Of a stretch of DNA of 64,000 bases, positions 47,701-61,300 are shown piece after piece. The position numbers were made by a program, and so were the translations under genes. The DNA lies in assembly GCA_000708835.1 (NCBI GenBank), contig DF237440.1, forward strand, positions 6,595 through 70,594, in the 5' to 3' direction. Each line of letters starts with the position of its first letter. Within the stretch, counting starts at the first letter, position 1. The stretch is from Klebsormidium nitens. Its lineage: Eukaryota; Plantae; Klebsormidiophyceae. The notes under the pieces are model-generated. The model did no database searches. It was not told the DNA's origin and saw only the letters and a program-made list of their open reading frames with translations.

Positions 47701-50700
47701 CGATTCGCAGGTCCAATGCACAATATAAACTCTCCTTCTGCCAAAGTGCACACCGATCACTCAAGCGCAATCGCACTCAACTGCCGCCCACACAAGCTGC
47801 CAGACGACATAATTTCCGTAGCCTACTTTTTGACATTTTTAGATGGAGAACTTCAGCGAAGAGAACGAGAAGCAGTCATCGTAATAAATGCACTCAAATG
47901 ACAAAGAACTTACGCCCTCAAAAACAACGCACGTGGCCCCGTTCAGCAGTGGTCCGTAAGCCAGGTACGTGTGCCCAGTGATCCAGCCGCAGTCCGCTGT
48001 GCACCTGTTTAGAAGCCGAAATCAAAGGTTAAGCGCTGCGGTGACGTCACTAAACTTTGTCAGCACTGCAAGTACATACTTTGCGCCGATTTCCAGTCTC
48101 TTGAGTTCTCACACAGAAACAAGAAGAGAACCTAAAAAGACAACTTAAAATCCGAACCGCCCGATGTTTTTCTCGTTGCGCTGAGTCCGCGATCTGATTT
48201 ATGTTTATTTCGATACAGAACATGTCAGGATGGGATTAGGAAAGCGAGTTCTTACCAGAATACATCATCGTCGTGATAGTCGAAAGTGAACTTGAAAGTC
48301 GTCGCGGCGTAGACCATGTAGCCCCCAACAGTGTGCATCACGCCCTGCACAAGCCACGCGTCTGATCAGCATAATTCCCAGAACTGAGATACTGAGGGGA
48401 GTAGTACGGCGCTTTTAAGAAAGTAGCTCTTGGTTGGATAAACACAACTTGAGTGAGCCCTTCAAACGCTGCCAGAGGGGCTCAACCATTACAACAGCCT
48501 TTGGAAGCTCACGGCATCGAAGCCTATTTCCTCTCACCACATGCGTAGCATGAGAGGGTCTCTTCCTTCTCCAACACTTACCGAACGCTCATTTTCTGCA
48601 ATCCTGAGCTGAATCTGATTGAGTAAGTCTCCAGGTTCAGCAACTCGCAGATCAGTCCTCACCTTAGGTTTGCCGGTACTCCCGCTCGTGTACAGCATAA
48701 AGAGCGGGTCCTCGGAGTCCATCCACTCGACGGGCGCGTTCTTTGACTGCCGGGGGATGACGTCCTGCCACCAAACGTCGCGCCCGTTCTTCCAGGCGGT
48801 GTCAGAGCGTTTGGTGGCGTTGGCATTCTCAAAAACGAGGCTCTGACCTGCGGAGGGAGGGTCAGGGTCCAATGAGTTGTGGGAAAGCGAAAGTGTTCGG
48901 AGACTAGGCCTTCTGTTTCTGAGGTTAGCCAGCACGAAAAAGAGTCGACGTTCGAAACAGGCGCCACTGTAAGATTAGGAAATACTTAAGGATAGCTGGG
49001 ACTTTAAGGTTGTCACTTTGAATCAGTTCGTGTTTAAAGTACCCGGTAGTAACCGAAGAACAAAACCAAATGAAAAGTTTTAAGGAAAGCAATGTATAAG
49101 GTCGGCATCGTGTAGCTTACGTATAATTCCTACCTGTAGCAAAGGAAAAGGCATTTGTAAGACCTTTGTGTTTTTATATTGAGGGTGCCGACCTTGACAA
49201 TTCAAATTTTTCGGCCCAGACGTGCCTGAGAGACCTAGGAACCGCGCAGATGCCAGCGCAGTCAAGAACGAAAATGGGAGAACAGAAGGTGGAAGTAGAT
49301 TTGCAGCACCCCCCCACAATCATGCGGAAAAAGTCAAGATGCGTCAAAGCCAGTCAGGAAACAGCACCAGTTTCCAGGAAGCCCAGAACCATTCTACGGA
49401 CAAAGTTAGGAAAGGCTGAGTGAAGCCGCTGCTACTTGCCAACTCGGACCCCTTCCTTCTTCTCGCACAGCTCGAGCGCTTTGTCCGCGATCTCCTTGAG
49501 GTTCAGCACCTTGGCGCCCCGGCGGACGGCGTTGCACGTGACCAGCAGCTTCGGACGGCAGTCGGACATGCGGCCGGCCAGAGACTCCGCGCTGAACCCG
49601 CCAAACACAACCTGTGGAGAGGCGAAAGCAGGGCTTATATATGTTATGAAAGTTGTGGAGGGGGTGTGACGAGTGAGAACGATTGTCCTTGTAAGTGACT
49701 CGCAGCTTTCGGCGTGATGCCCGCCCAGGGGTTCTGCACTACCATTGCCAGAGACGTATCCAGAAGGAAAGCAAGAAACGCCTGAATAAAGAAGTCGATT
49801 AGGGCAAGAAGCATATGTGGACCAAGATATCTGATGACCAACAACTTTGGATGGCAATCCACCTGGTTGTAAGAGAGAACAGGCAGTCAGGCTGGCAACA
49901 GCAATTTCCTTCAAAAAACACGCACTGCGGTTTGCGACCCCAATCTCCTGTTGTCGCCAACCTAAGTGCGTGCTCGTACATGAAACCAGATGGGTTCTTC
50001 TTGCTTGATACGCTATTGCAGAAAAAAAGAAACTTCCTTCGCCATACCAAACCGGAAGCATGCGGAATGAGGGCCCAAGACCGGGGTGGAACTGCAACGT
50101 AAACGATATACATTTTCTGCAAGACGATGTCCAGATTTGCAACGAGGTGACTTGTTGTAAGAGCCTTCCCTTGCTGATATTTCACCATGATAACTCACCG
50201 AGTGGATCGCCCCGATGCGCGCGCAGGCGAGCATGGTGGCCGGGAGCTCGGGGACCATGGGCATGTAGATGCACACCGTGTCGCCCTTCTTGACTCCGAG
50301 CGACCGCAAGTAGTTGGCAATCTGCACACGAGGTTTCGACGCACGTAAGCGTTGAATCTTGGAGCGTCCAAACAAAATGAGAAACCCGCCTTTGGAAGGT
50401 GACAGGCAAATGTTTAGCGAGAGCACGCTCGCTCGGTGTAAGACTCAGGAGGTGCAAGCGATCCGAAGCATAGAACCGCTATTACGTCTCACCGCTCACT
50501 GCAAGAGAGCAGTGATACCTCAGCGAGAGCATTTGTACTTTATTGGTAAATCGAGTCCCAAGAGCCGATTGATCTTTATCTGGCCAAAAGCACAATGGAT
50601 AACATTTGGGTATAATTCGAGAAAAAGCATACCTGAATAACAACAACTGCGTACCTGACAGACCAGCTCCAGCATGTTCTGATACGTCAGCCGCCGGTCG

Positions 50701-52858
50701 ATGCCGACGTCATTGCCCTCAAACAGGATGGCGGCCTTGTTGCCGTTCCCGCTCAGCACGTGGCGGTCCAAGGCGTTGAAGCACACGTTCGTCCGGCCTC
50801 CCGGGAACCACTGCAAAGGAAAAGCAGTGATGAGAAGCGTGAGCTGATAGGTCTTGTGAGAAGATTGTGTCACATCTTCGGCAATAGTGCCTTTAAGTCT
50901 TTGCCCGTCAAGTTGAGCAAGGGAAAGCTTCCCTTCGAAGTATCCAGCCAATATCGACAGGCCTGCCACGAGACAGGTGAGCTAGGCCGAAGCTTTGCAC
51001 CCCCCCAACCGAAGGGCTTTCCAAAGCTCGTCCCTGACCCGTCATGCCTAAGCATCGTCATTCGCTTATGACTTGATCGACCCCTTCAAAAGCTGCCCAA
51101 TGTGACGTTGTTGAGCCCCTTGTCCACGTCTGACTCGCAGCTGCTCATCCAATCAAAGTCCCGCTTGATGGGTGGAAGTCTCCTGAAATCGTCTTCTGAA
51201 AGGACGCCTTCCTCGACCTTACCACTTTCCTACCAAAGCACTTCAACATCTGATCTACAAAAGGACAAACCTTGACGTAGATGGGCCCCTTGTCCAGGTT
51301 GAAGTTGTAGCTGCAAATCGGCTGTCCCTTGTCCCACGGTCGTTCCCAGTGCAGCTGCGCCGCAATGCTGCCCCAAAAGCTCTGGGGGTCCTCAACCGAC
51401 CACCGGTACATCGCCTCGTACTGCAGAGGGAGTAAAGCCGGTTCACAAACTGACGGCAAGCTGTATTTGATTATGTGTCTCGCCTTAGCTTCATCATGTC
51501 TCGCTTCAGCTTCAGAGAATGAAAAGCCATTGCAATTCGGATGGCATACTAGAGTTGTATTAGTTTGTTCCTTATCCATTTGGTTTCGGGGTCTTCATTC
51601 TTTCTCGAGACTGTGAGATCGTTTGCACTTGTTCCTTGGCCATTTGGCCTCAGAGTCTTCATTCTTCTCGAGACTGTGAGATCGTTTGCGCTGAGGTTTC
51701 TCTAGTCTTTTGCAAGAGACACATTGACGGCTATAACCTTCCCTTTCTCGACTTGAGGCAGCGGTGAACCCTTAATCACCCAATCCAACGCAAGGCACTG
51801 GCCGCTGCATTCAAACAAACCCCAGGCAATTGCTTCTTTGAAGAAGAAACTTTCTGTGTAAAGCTTTTGACCGCTGGCCGCACTCAAGCCTACTTCAAAC
51901 TTCTATCAGCGACCGCTTGAAATGGCAAACCATTTCTTACATGAATCTGTGCATCAGAAGAGACTTGTTTGGAGAGAGGCAAACTGCTCAGTCCAGGAGA
52001 TAGATACTCAAGAGACAGCTCCTCCAAAGGGAGTGGCCTTGAATCAGTATTGAGCTTGAGTCGCAAAAGGCATCAGTTACCTGCTTGCGAGAGAGGATGT
52101 GGGGCCAGTGGTTCCTGTGGAATGCAGTTCCAACGTCCACTGCCTCATTCTTCCCGTGAGGCTTGTCTCCACCAGCGGAAGAGCACACCCGGCTGCTAAC
52201 GTCATCCTGGACAGCTTCTGTGGACCGGGATGTAGTATCTGCACAGCGGTTTGGAAAGGGTCAGCGCCAATCCCAGAATCAATTTCGGGTAAGAGGTAAA
52301 GCAGATTTTTCATTCCTCTTTTACAAGCCTGCTGAGAACCTGGTTGTTGAAAAGCTACAAATGACATCATTCTTCTGCAGGCTTTCTCTCTCCAAGGGGT
52401 GGGCTTGAATTCACATACATCACATGCATGCCCCAGTAGACAAACGCACGTAAGCATGTCATGAGCGTCAAAGTCAGGCTCAGAGCAAACGCTTCAACGG
52501 GGGGGCATAGATGCCTTCTCGAACCATGTTCCCCACAACAGATGCTCTGCCCAATCAGTGGGGCTACCTGAAGTTGGTCAGCTCTCAGTTGCTTATCTAT
52601 CCCATCTACCTGCACCTCAAGACATGCTTTACTTTAGCTGCTACTTCTCATGATGGTGTCATCCCCAGAAACATTTGCAACCTTCTTAAGGAATGCACAA
52701 ATAGCAATACAGTGAACAGGAGTAATAGCCTGCGGTGAAAGGTACTCACAAGGTACCAGATGCCTGAGCGTTGTAGCCACCCTCCGTGCTGCATGTGCAC
52801 TTGCCAGCATCACCTCAGACTCAGACAGCTCGTCACGTTGATTTCTTTGGGATTGCAT
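41756..52858 (-). CDS. ACS: Acetyl-CoA synthetase (acetate-CoA ligase), ~18 exons, one internal stretch lost in a gap
   Basis: Exons in order: 52750-52858, 52081-52238 (...PHILSRKQ), [16 protein letters not shown] (~51273-51421), [80 protein letters not shown] (47510-47623), [73 protein letters not shown] (42404-42543), [21 protein letters not shown] (41756-41821). Phases of the first three exons join in frame. Confidence 0.95.
42544..43448. other. Assembly gap (N run) inside ACS
   Basis: Continuous N bases, flanked by ACS coding sequence on both sides. Confidence 1.
45753..46170 (-). repeat. Two degenerate tandem copies of an ACS exon 3' half + donor (~162-bp period)
   Basis: GCTCACCAGGCCAGGGCGCTTTGAT (46078-46102, real), GCTTGCCAGGCCAGTGCGCAGAT (45917-45939), GCTCACCGGGCCAGGGCCCTTTGAT (45753-45777). 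CCTTCTCGTC(G/A)AGCAG recurs in each unit. Confidence 0.85.
47335..47584 (-). repeat. Degenerate duplicate of ACS exon 3' part + donor (168-bp period)
   Basis: 47335-47416 copies 47503-47584. The copy reads [26 protein letters not shown]|GTGAG vs the real [26 protein letters not shown]|GTGAG. Confidence 0.9.
51565..51689. repeat. ~64-bp tandem duplication in ACS intron
   Basis: TTGTTCCTT..CCATTTGG..TC.G.GTCTTCATTCTT(T)CTCGAGACTGTGAGATCGTTTGC present twice. Confidence 0.85.
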
Positions 52859-55396
52859 TGTCTTGTGTTCTTGAAAGCCCCAATGCCAATTCAACACCAA
52901 GCGCCCGCAGTCTGCAAGACAACAACCTTGTGTAAGCGAGAATAAATGTTTCCATGTGACAAGCTGAGGCACATGGCTGCGAAGACAACTTTCTGTCTGC
53001 AAAGTCAACTTTCTGTCTGATCAACAAAGCACAGGGGAGGAACATTCTGACTGGGAAATCAGGAAAACCCTGCACCACCTGTGGTGGGTTTTCTAATCAA
53101 GGCACATGCAAAATTATTGCTTCAATGCGACCTAAAGAACCAGAAACAAATGTGCAACGTTGGGAAACATACAACCCAGGTGCAATTGAAAGCCTTACGA
53201 GTCTGCTCTTATCCCAAAACTTCGATCAGCAATACTTTGGCTGCTGCAAAAGAGAAAACATTCCAAACGCAATCGCAATCACAAATGAAAGCTGTACACT
53301 GCACAGGGGGAACTTGCACACTCCTAGAGAATCTAATGACAAGCCAGAATTTCATTACAAGGATTCCAGCCTGGATTGCGCGATAGGTGCTGCCAGTAGT
53401 TGCGGCACCCTTAACAAGTGCCCTGATTGGCAGCATATGAGCAAGCAAGCAAGTCTCGAAAATCTATCTTGCAAACCTCTCTTTTCTTCCTTGAATGTGG
53501 TGGTGGTAAGACCCTAGCGACTGTGTTTGAATCAGAGCTCAATCAGAAACAAAAGAGCGCAGACAAACGGCTCAAGCAATGCAAAAGTCACATATTATCT
53601 GGGAGACCGTCCGAGAACAAGCGCAATTCCGAAGAAATTAGCTGTACCTTAAATACTCTAAAACCTTTGAACGCTGCTCTCCCCCTCAGGATCAGACCAT
53701 AATTCTGTTGTGCAACGCATGCACACCGGCGGGCGCCTTCCTTGACTGCACGACAATACCCAAGTTGCCTTGATCACATTGCCTCCATAACGAGGCCCCT
53801 TCTTCAAACGGTTCTAGCTCCCCTTGAAGTTGTGAGGACTTCCATTGGTGCTCTAGATTTCAATGCACAGCATTTTCTGCAGCTAGCTAGCAGATTTGCT
53901 GATGCTGCGCTGTGCATGCAAGCACCAGCAGATTTTAAGGGTCAAGTATGCAGTCTGAAGTTTAACCTGACCCCTTCGGAGCCAATCGATAACAAATGGA
54001 TAGCGCAAAGGGGATCCGTCACCGTCGGATAGCTCAAATCTTACCTGGAGCAGCCGGGTTAAGCGCCACCTAACACAGTGCCTACTCTATGTGCCTCTTT
54101 GAACCGGGAGCTTCTAAGGTACCGTACCGCCACTGCTTCTCTGGCCATCCGGTGCATACTGGGTGGAGCCATGTGTCAAAATGATGCGATTCTATTGGAT
54201 CAATGATCGGGGAGGGAGCCCCTTCTCCAATGGACCGCAGCGGCATGTGCGCAAAGTGGCCAGCGCCATAATTAAATGTATACCTTGATCAAACCGAGGG
54301 CTCACACTTTTGCATAATGCACTTTGCTCATATCTGCGCGGCAGTCTGCTGCTTGAGTGCTGAAGATGCCGGCAAAGATTCCCAAGTGTCAAAAAGCCGA
54401 ACCGGCCACTCACAAGATGCGGGCTGGCGCTGGCCTTGGCTCAAGCCTCAGAGCTCTGTTCACTTGTTCAGTTCAGCTCTGGGCGAAAGTCAAAGACGAA
54501 CAGAACGACTCGGACTTCGTCATTGGAATGCTCTAGCATCTCCTGCTCCGCAGAAATCTGAGCGAAGCTCTGGCAGTTGTATTCTATCAACGTTATTTGC
54601 GACAAGCTCGCTGCAAAAGCGATCCACTTTCACACTGGGAACAGCTTGCCCACCTGGAATTAAGTGTCGACTCTTGCAAGTTGTAGAGTGCGCGCCTAGC
54701 GCAACTTGGCGAGTTCGATTGGTTTTTTTTGCTAGATTGTACGTGTGCAATGCCATTGAATTCGAAACAACTCATGCTCCGCAGCATTACAAGCACTTCG
54801 TTGTACCCCGTTGGCTAATTCAGCTTTGCTGCAATTAAGCACTGCGGAGAGCTGACGAAAGACCTCCAACGCGGGGGACAACTATTCTGTCAGCACCGTC
54901 AACGTTGTAGGCCGCCAAATGACCTAAAACAGAGAAGTGCAGCTTCTTCTTACACACCGATTGCCTACATAAACATCTTATAGCAACAAGCTGAGAAAAG
55001 CTGACTCACAGCTGATAAATCTTTATCTCTGGTTGGACTGGCTCCCTTTGTTCCGGTCAAGTTGAGCCCCTAAATGCAACCTCGGGGGGAGACAATGACA
55101 AGCACAAGTGTTTTATTTACTAACTGACTCGACCAAGAGGCCCGGCAGCTATGCGAACAGCCTTGCAGTATACATGCCGACTGGTGAGTCCTTCCCATAC
55201 ATCTGTGCTGGAGCTTTGATGCGCAGTGCTCAAATTCAGCTTTTGCCATTGATCGCATATGTCTGCAGACCTGTCTTTGCAGCGGAAGAGTGTAGGGTGT
55301 TTCACAATTACACCTGGTAGTCCCTTTTTCACCAGAAGTCACTCAAAGGCTGTTCACTTTTCAGGAACCATTGCGGTGTGCGGTCTGCTAAGCCAG

Positions 55397-56510
55397 GTCA
55401 TCCTGGATGCCGGTCAGTGCGGAAGACCGACCCCGCACAGTGGAGAACTTGAAGTGGCCATGATGGGTATCATTACGACGTACGTACTCCTAAACCTTGC
55501 TCAACTCCTACAGGATCAATTGCACTGAAGGATGCACCAGGATTCTAGAGACGATAATGACAGTTTCTCATGCTTGAAGCTTATTTTCAACAGCAAATCG
55601 AACGATCCTGATTCTCAAAGAAACTGAGCTGTCGTCATACGACTGCTTGATGGTCTGATCGAGAAAGAGCAGCCGCTCTGCAAAACTTGGTTCCGAATTG
55701 GGCCAAAGGCCAACTGAAACAGGGCAGATGTTGCTCCTTTTCATCCTTTGTTGAGTAATAGATCTCACATGTAGTACGTTTGATCTGCATCTTCATTGAC
55801 CTGCCTTGCCACTTCCCTCCGATTCCCGCGACTCTTTCCTCTCCTCGTTGCAGTGTTCTAGGCGTTGCCTGCTTTGTAAGCGCGTTCATCAAGATCGTTG
55901 GACGGCAGGAATTAGACCCAAGCGGCAAGCCAACCAGCAAGGTGATTGGCGTCCAGTACAAGTTCGTCACATGGCTTGAAGTCCGGGGCTTGACGTATAA
56001 GTTAACCGACAAAGGAAAAGCGCATTCCAAACAAGGGGGAAGAAGGAGAGGCTAGCAAGGGGAGCGATATAAGTACCAGACTGAAAAGAGAGTGAGGTGG
56101 TTTTTGGGCTGGTATTTGTGGGTCCACGCCTTGGTGAGCACCGTAGCCTTCTTCACATATACACTCACGACGTTGGTGGGAAGCACGTGCTTCTTCTACC
56201 TGCCCCCTCCGTTTAGCAAGGGTCCGCCGGCGCTTGTTGCGTTGATCTCCGCGATAGTGTTTGGCTTCCTGCCAACACCCGAGCCGGGCATCGATTTGGA
56301 GCATTTACTTGTACCATGGCCGATGTAGCTGATGTGGCGCAAGGGGCTGCTACCAGTGGGCCACGCGCATCGTCACCGGGGGTCCCCCTCAATGCGCGCA
56401 AGAAGGATATGGAGTCGCTGCATACGCCTGACAAGCTGGCAACGGACTCCAACAAGGGATTCCGCTTTAGGGCAGCCTTTGCTGCAGGGATCGGGCTTGG
56501 GAGAGATTGA
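55397..56510 (+). pseudogene. Probable disrupted multi-pass membrane protein gene
   Basis: Exon 55397-55479 (…ELEVAMMGIIT) splices in phase to 55854 (TVLGVACFVSAFIKIVGR). An in-frame TAG at 56053-56055 is followed by further hydrophobic helices (RWFLGWYLWVHALVSTVAFF; ALVALISAIVFGF). Possible frameshift near 56315. Confidence 0.4.
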
Positions 56511-58385
56511 GAGCCACCCCGATGACAAGTAAGATCAGTGACGGCCTACTGAATTATGTAGTAAAGAGTTTTTGAACTCCTACAAGACGGATCCAGCCTG
56601 CTAGCTACATATCAATTTGTGCTAGTAGGAGTAGGATGTATGCCTTCTTTGGGCAATACGTATGCGTGAGTCTCAGGCGCTACGTTGGACGTTGTCTGGT
56701 CGGAGTATAGAGCTCGCGGTTGTCCAACCATGGTACGTTGTTAGCGGCTCGATTTATACGACTAACCATGCGCAGCGGGCTTCAATTGAAAACCCGCACA
56801 TGTTGAGTGCATGAACTAGGCATGCATTGCAGTCAATGCCCGATCATCTGCAAGCATGTGCATGGATAACTCATATGGCAAAGTTGCGCTTGCATGCACA
56901 TATGTATATATAGTCGGAAGGACACAACTTTCATGAAAGTATGTTTTGGATGAATTATTTCGGTTTAGCTCAGCCTAACGTGCATCATGTTTGTTGACCG
57001 TCTGGCCCGGCAATGCGCATTCGAGCATGATCTTATGCGAACATGCAGCATGACCGTACGTCAGGCGGCTGCAGAGGTCACTTTAATGTCACTCGAATTG
57101 AACGCCGCCAGCCTGTCACTTTATTATTGCATGCAAGCCTGTGACAGACGGCCCTGTTCAATGTACACGAATTGTTCATGCAATCGCTGCGCAGGCGTGG
57201 TCGGCCAACTCTGAACATGCATCGAAGGAGATTGCCCAGGTATTTATATGCAAGAATTTTGATTTGGTGTACATGATCAAGCATATTTCGATAACATTTG
57301 TCATTGCAGCCCAGCCTACCAGTCTGGACTGTTCATCTCGCGACCGCAGGTCAAAGCATGCCGCTACTTCAGAGTTTTAAGCAATCATTTCAGTTTAAAA
57401 AACCAGTCAGAGCATCAACCATGTGCTTCAAAAGCTTCACGCTTGGCAGTGATGATTTCCTGAACAAACAACTTGAGTTTAAAGCTGCCATTTCGATTGT
57501 AAAAGTGTAGCTAACACTCGCAATCAATCTTACAAGTCGTGTAGCTCAATGCTACAGAGCTTAACATGTGGTCAACAGACTTGACTAGAGTACACTTGGC
57601 ACAAGCACAAGTAACAAAATGTCGAGAGATGTAGCCAACCGCCAATTACAGCGAAGAAGGGGAGTGAGGTACTGGTCATTTTTTCTGGTCCATTACTCTC
57701 GTCCCAAGATCAGTTGATCGGACGTCCTTCGTGTACCGTCACCGAAGGACCTTGCTTTTATGCCCGCTGCACAAAAGAACCAATATTTTGAGCGTCGAAG
57801 GCGGTTGCAACTTCGGTTGCAGTCGTGCTGAGAAGCACGCCTGCTTGAATCAAGCCGACTGCTCTTGCTAAACAACTTAGGAACTAACTGTTGATGCTCA
57901 GGACTTTCTGTCGGAAAAGACCACAGCAGACGGCCCTGTAAGTCACCGACGGCTGAATTGCTCAAGTCCTTCATATAATGCCAGTAGAAATTGCAGAAGT
58001 GTACAAAGACGACGCTATCCGTGCGTCTCTGCAATAGCCTACAAGTTCCTGACATTTCAGCGTCCAAGTTAAATGTCTTTGCAACGACTCGTTCCAATAT
58101 CCCTACACGTTGAAGAAGCAATAGCAGGGTCGCAGAAGGCGCAAGAAATAGCGACCTGTCAACCCCCGAACTTGGGAACCGGGTCTCACGGCGGCGACGC
58201 AAAGCAGCAGTCTTGGTATGATAAAACTCTACAAGAAGACCTGGTATCCATTTTGACTCGTAAAAGCGCAAAAACAACGCTTCTAAATCAGATAAGCGGC
58301 CTTTGGTGCTACTACCTTCCAGATTGTCCGAAAAGTTTCAACAGAATGGGTTCAGTGCCCACCTCGATTGCTAGTTTGTCCAGTT

Positions 58386-61300
58386 CTAGGCGCTGAAGTC
58401 CCCGTTGGCAGACTTGGCTTCAGAGTTGAGCGTGTCTTTCACCTCCCGCCTGATGTTATCCAACTTGTCTTGCGATGTGCTGAAGTCCTTCCCATCCCGG
58501 TCACCCTTCTTCACATCTGCATCGACAAAAAGGATTAACCCGCCGTCAATTCCTCACAATTTCGGTTTCAATCATCGGGACGGCAAAGCGCAAACTGTAC
58601 TGCGAGGTGGTTTCGTGAGGATGTCAAATTGAGAACATTGTTAAGAGCGGAGACTAGCCTCGCTTGCCAAACAGGGGTGATTGCTGCAGAACGGCGGCCA
58701 AATTTTTCGTTGATTTGCGACGCAAACTTGCGAAGTTCCGCTGAAGAAGAAAGCAACGAGCAGAATCAGCGTGGTAACGAACTTACAAGGACAACGAGTA
58801 ACAGACGAGGGTTTCCGAAAACAGAGCTTTCAGAGGGACTGGTCTGAGCATCAAAAGCTACCACCTTTTGGCAGTGACATGAGGTTTGCAGAAGCACACG
58901 GACAAGGGAGGTGGAGGTTAAGTATAAGCGGCCGTAGCGGACGATAAGGACGATAATCGACAAGCTGAGAACCATGCCGCACTCACTGTAAGATGATAAA
59001 AAAGGAGTTGTTCCACTTGCAAGGATGATCAATGAGTCATAGGCTTCGCATAGTGGGTTATCAGACATATTTCCAGTCAGCCAGAGCAATCGCTTATCGT
59101 TTCGGCGACAGCTTGAGCCCGTCAAAACTTCAACATTCCCTGGTTCTGACGAGACAAGGCTTTCTTCAAAACCGGAACCGTCTGCACTGTCGAAATCGAA
59201 CCAGTAAAAAATCCGGTAAGTGCCAACTCACGCTTATACGCAAGGTACGCCCCCGCTCCCACCGCAAGCAGCAGCAGACCCCCCGCGACTTTCTGCCCCT
59301 TCTTCTCCTCAAACTCCACGCCAATGTCCTGCCTGTTTCCATAGCGCTTCAAACCCACAAAGTCCTTCTCCCCAGATCCGTCCCGCGAACCTCCCTTACC
59401 GCCAAAGCCCAGGAACCCCCCCTTCCTCTCCGGCCCCCTCAGCTCTGGCACCGCAACCTTCCTGTCAATCTCAGCGTGGGGGTGGTGCGCCTGGTGCGCC
59501 CCGCTCTTATCCTCCCCCCCGCCAAACAGCCCGAACAAACCCCCCTTCTTTCCATCGTGCCGGGCAGCGGCTGCTTTGTCAGCGTCTGTTCCCGGGATCG
59601 GGGTTTTCGGGTCCCATGTGGAACCATAACCGTGTTCCTTACGGTGGGTCTCGACACCAGGGACCTTCACATGGACGTCCTTCTCGTGGGTGCCGAGGGA
59701 GTAGGTCTTCATGTTGATCTCCTTGTCATGCTTATGGATCGCGGCGGTGGGGACATCGACGTGGACGTCCTTCTTGCCGAGCGAGACCGTCGGAATCTGG
59801 AGGAGCAAATCCACAAGGGCTGAGTTCAATCTGTTCATGCTGTTATATTTGTCACTCTGTCGTGAGGGAAACAATCGGCTGTCCAAAGTATCTGGGCGAA
59901 TATTGATGCTGATTGTGTGTGAAAAACGACCGAGACCAACCTTAGAGTGGGGAGACAATCAGTTCAGCTGAGCCCTGACGATCAAGGCAGACTTTGCCGT
60001 TGCGATCAACTGTATGCGATGCTCATTCCTGCCCCAGGTTAAGGCAGGGTTCACCAGGGGTCAAGGTTATTGTGTGAAACAATCTGTGCCTCCTCAAAAG
60101 CAAACCAAGTGATGACGGTTCAGATTAAACTCCTCTCATGGCTGTTGATGAACCAACACATTCGGACTAACATTCGGCAGCCCCGTATCGATTGAGGTAT
60201 ACATCAGATTCTCAAGCAAACTGTTCCTCGCCCCTCAGAAATCCGAACGAAAAGCTTGACAAGCCGAGTGCACAGACCTTTCGCACTTTTAACTCCACCA
60301 CCAGGCCCCTCAGCCAAGAACCCTGAATGTTAAACTCAACACGAAACGCGTGGACCAGTCATCTCAACACCTTTCCATTTTGGGGTCTACCCTTACCTTC
60401 ATTTTAAGACAAGGCGGGAGCTGTGAGTAAGCGCAAACACGTTGAAGCTCCAACACGTGGACTCAAGAAAAAACCGTACGCACCTCGACCTTCTTATCGT
60501 GGCGCTCGAGAGACCATGTGGGCACTGTGACCTCCTTCTTGTGCGTCTCGACGGTCGGGGTGGGAATGCTGACGTCCTTGTGGCCGCGGTCGACAGACAG
60601 CGTCGGGACGTGCACCTGCGCATGGCCCTTGTTGACGTGGACAGCTGGCACGTCCACAGTCCTGTCCTTCAGCACGGGCTTGGAAGAATAGCCCCTGCAG
60701 AAGAGGGGGAGAAATGACATTAAGTGACACAATGCCGACTAAATTGAGAGAGCGATACAACTCCGTAAAAAGCCCCCCCTCGTTCATTTTGAGCACAGCG
60801 TAATTGGCTCTTGCATTCCCTGATACGCCCCAGCGTTTTGCCATTGAGCACAGCCCCTAAAGTGCAAGTAAGGGGCACTCCTGTCGACTGCCGAAATGCA
60901 CTTTGTGTCGAATGGAATGTGTTAAACCGGGAGATAAGTTTTTGCCCTTGATTGCCGTGGAACAATAAGCTTTTGCACTCATACGTTGACGCCCTGATAT
61001 TTTTAAGCAAGGGCTTTGAATGATGATTGGGGAGCGACCAGAATACTGGAAAGGGCTATTGTGCTCGCTGCAAGGAGCTCATGTTGGACTGTGCTTTTAT
61101 TAGAAGAGGGAACATTTTTCAAGAAGGGGAGGAGTCTGAGCGAACCACGTCCCCATCGGGGCTGCAGAGCTGTGAAACATCTAGTAGCGCTTTCCTTGAC
61201 GAACTAAAGTGCTACAAGTAAAAGGCAGATCCAGGGGCAAGAAAAGACAGTAAGGTTGGTACATCTGTCTGCCCTTAGCTCCTCATGATCCAACTGAGAG

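Noticed and set aside
52099-52299. Plus-strand peptide [11 protein letters not shown] resembling a DNA methyltransferase SAM-binding motif
   Set aside because: It is the antisense of an in-phase ACS exon (52081-52238), and no other methyltransferase motifs are present.
54040-54060. CTTACCTGG resembling the U1 snRNA 5' end
   Set aside because: No further U1 similarity; it is simply the reverse complement of a donor-like site.
56800-57250. Cluster of CATGCA/TGCATG (RY-like) motifs
   Set aside because: TGCA/CATG excess is common across the AT-richer intergenic stretches here and can arise from CpG decay; no clear target promoter.
57693-58277. 194-aa minus-strand ORF
   Set aside because: TTG start, no motif, lies just downstream of the LysM gene stop; probably 3' UTR or intergenic.
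59032-59823. 263-aa and 165-aa plus-strand ORFs
   Set aside because: Antisense shadows of the GC-rich LysM-protein exon.
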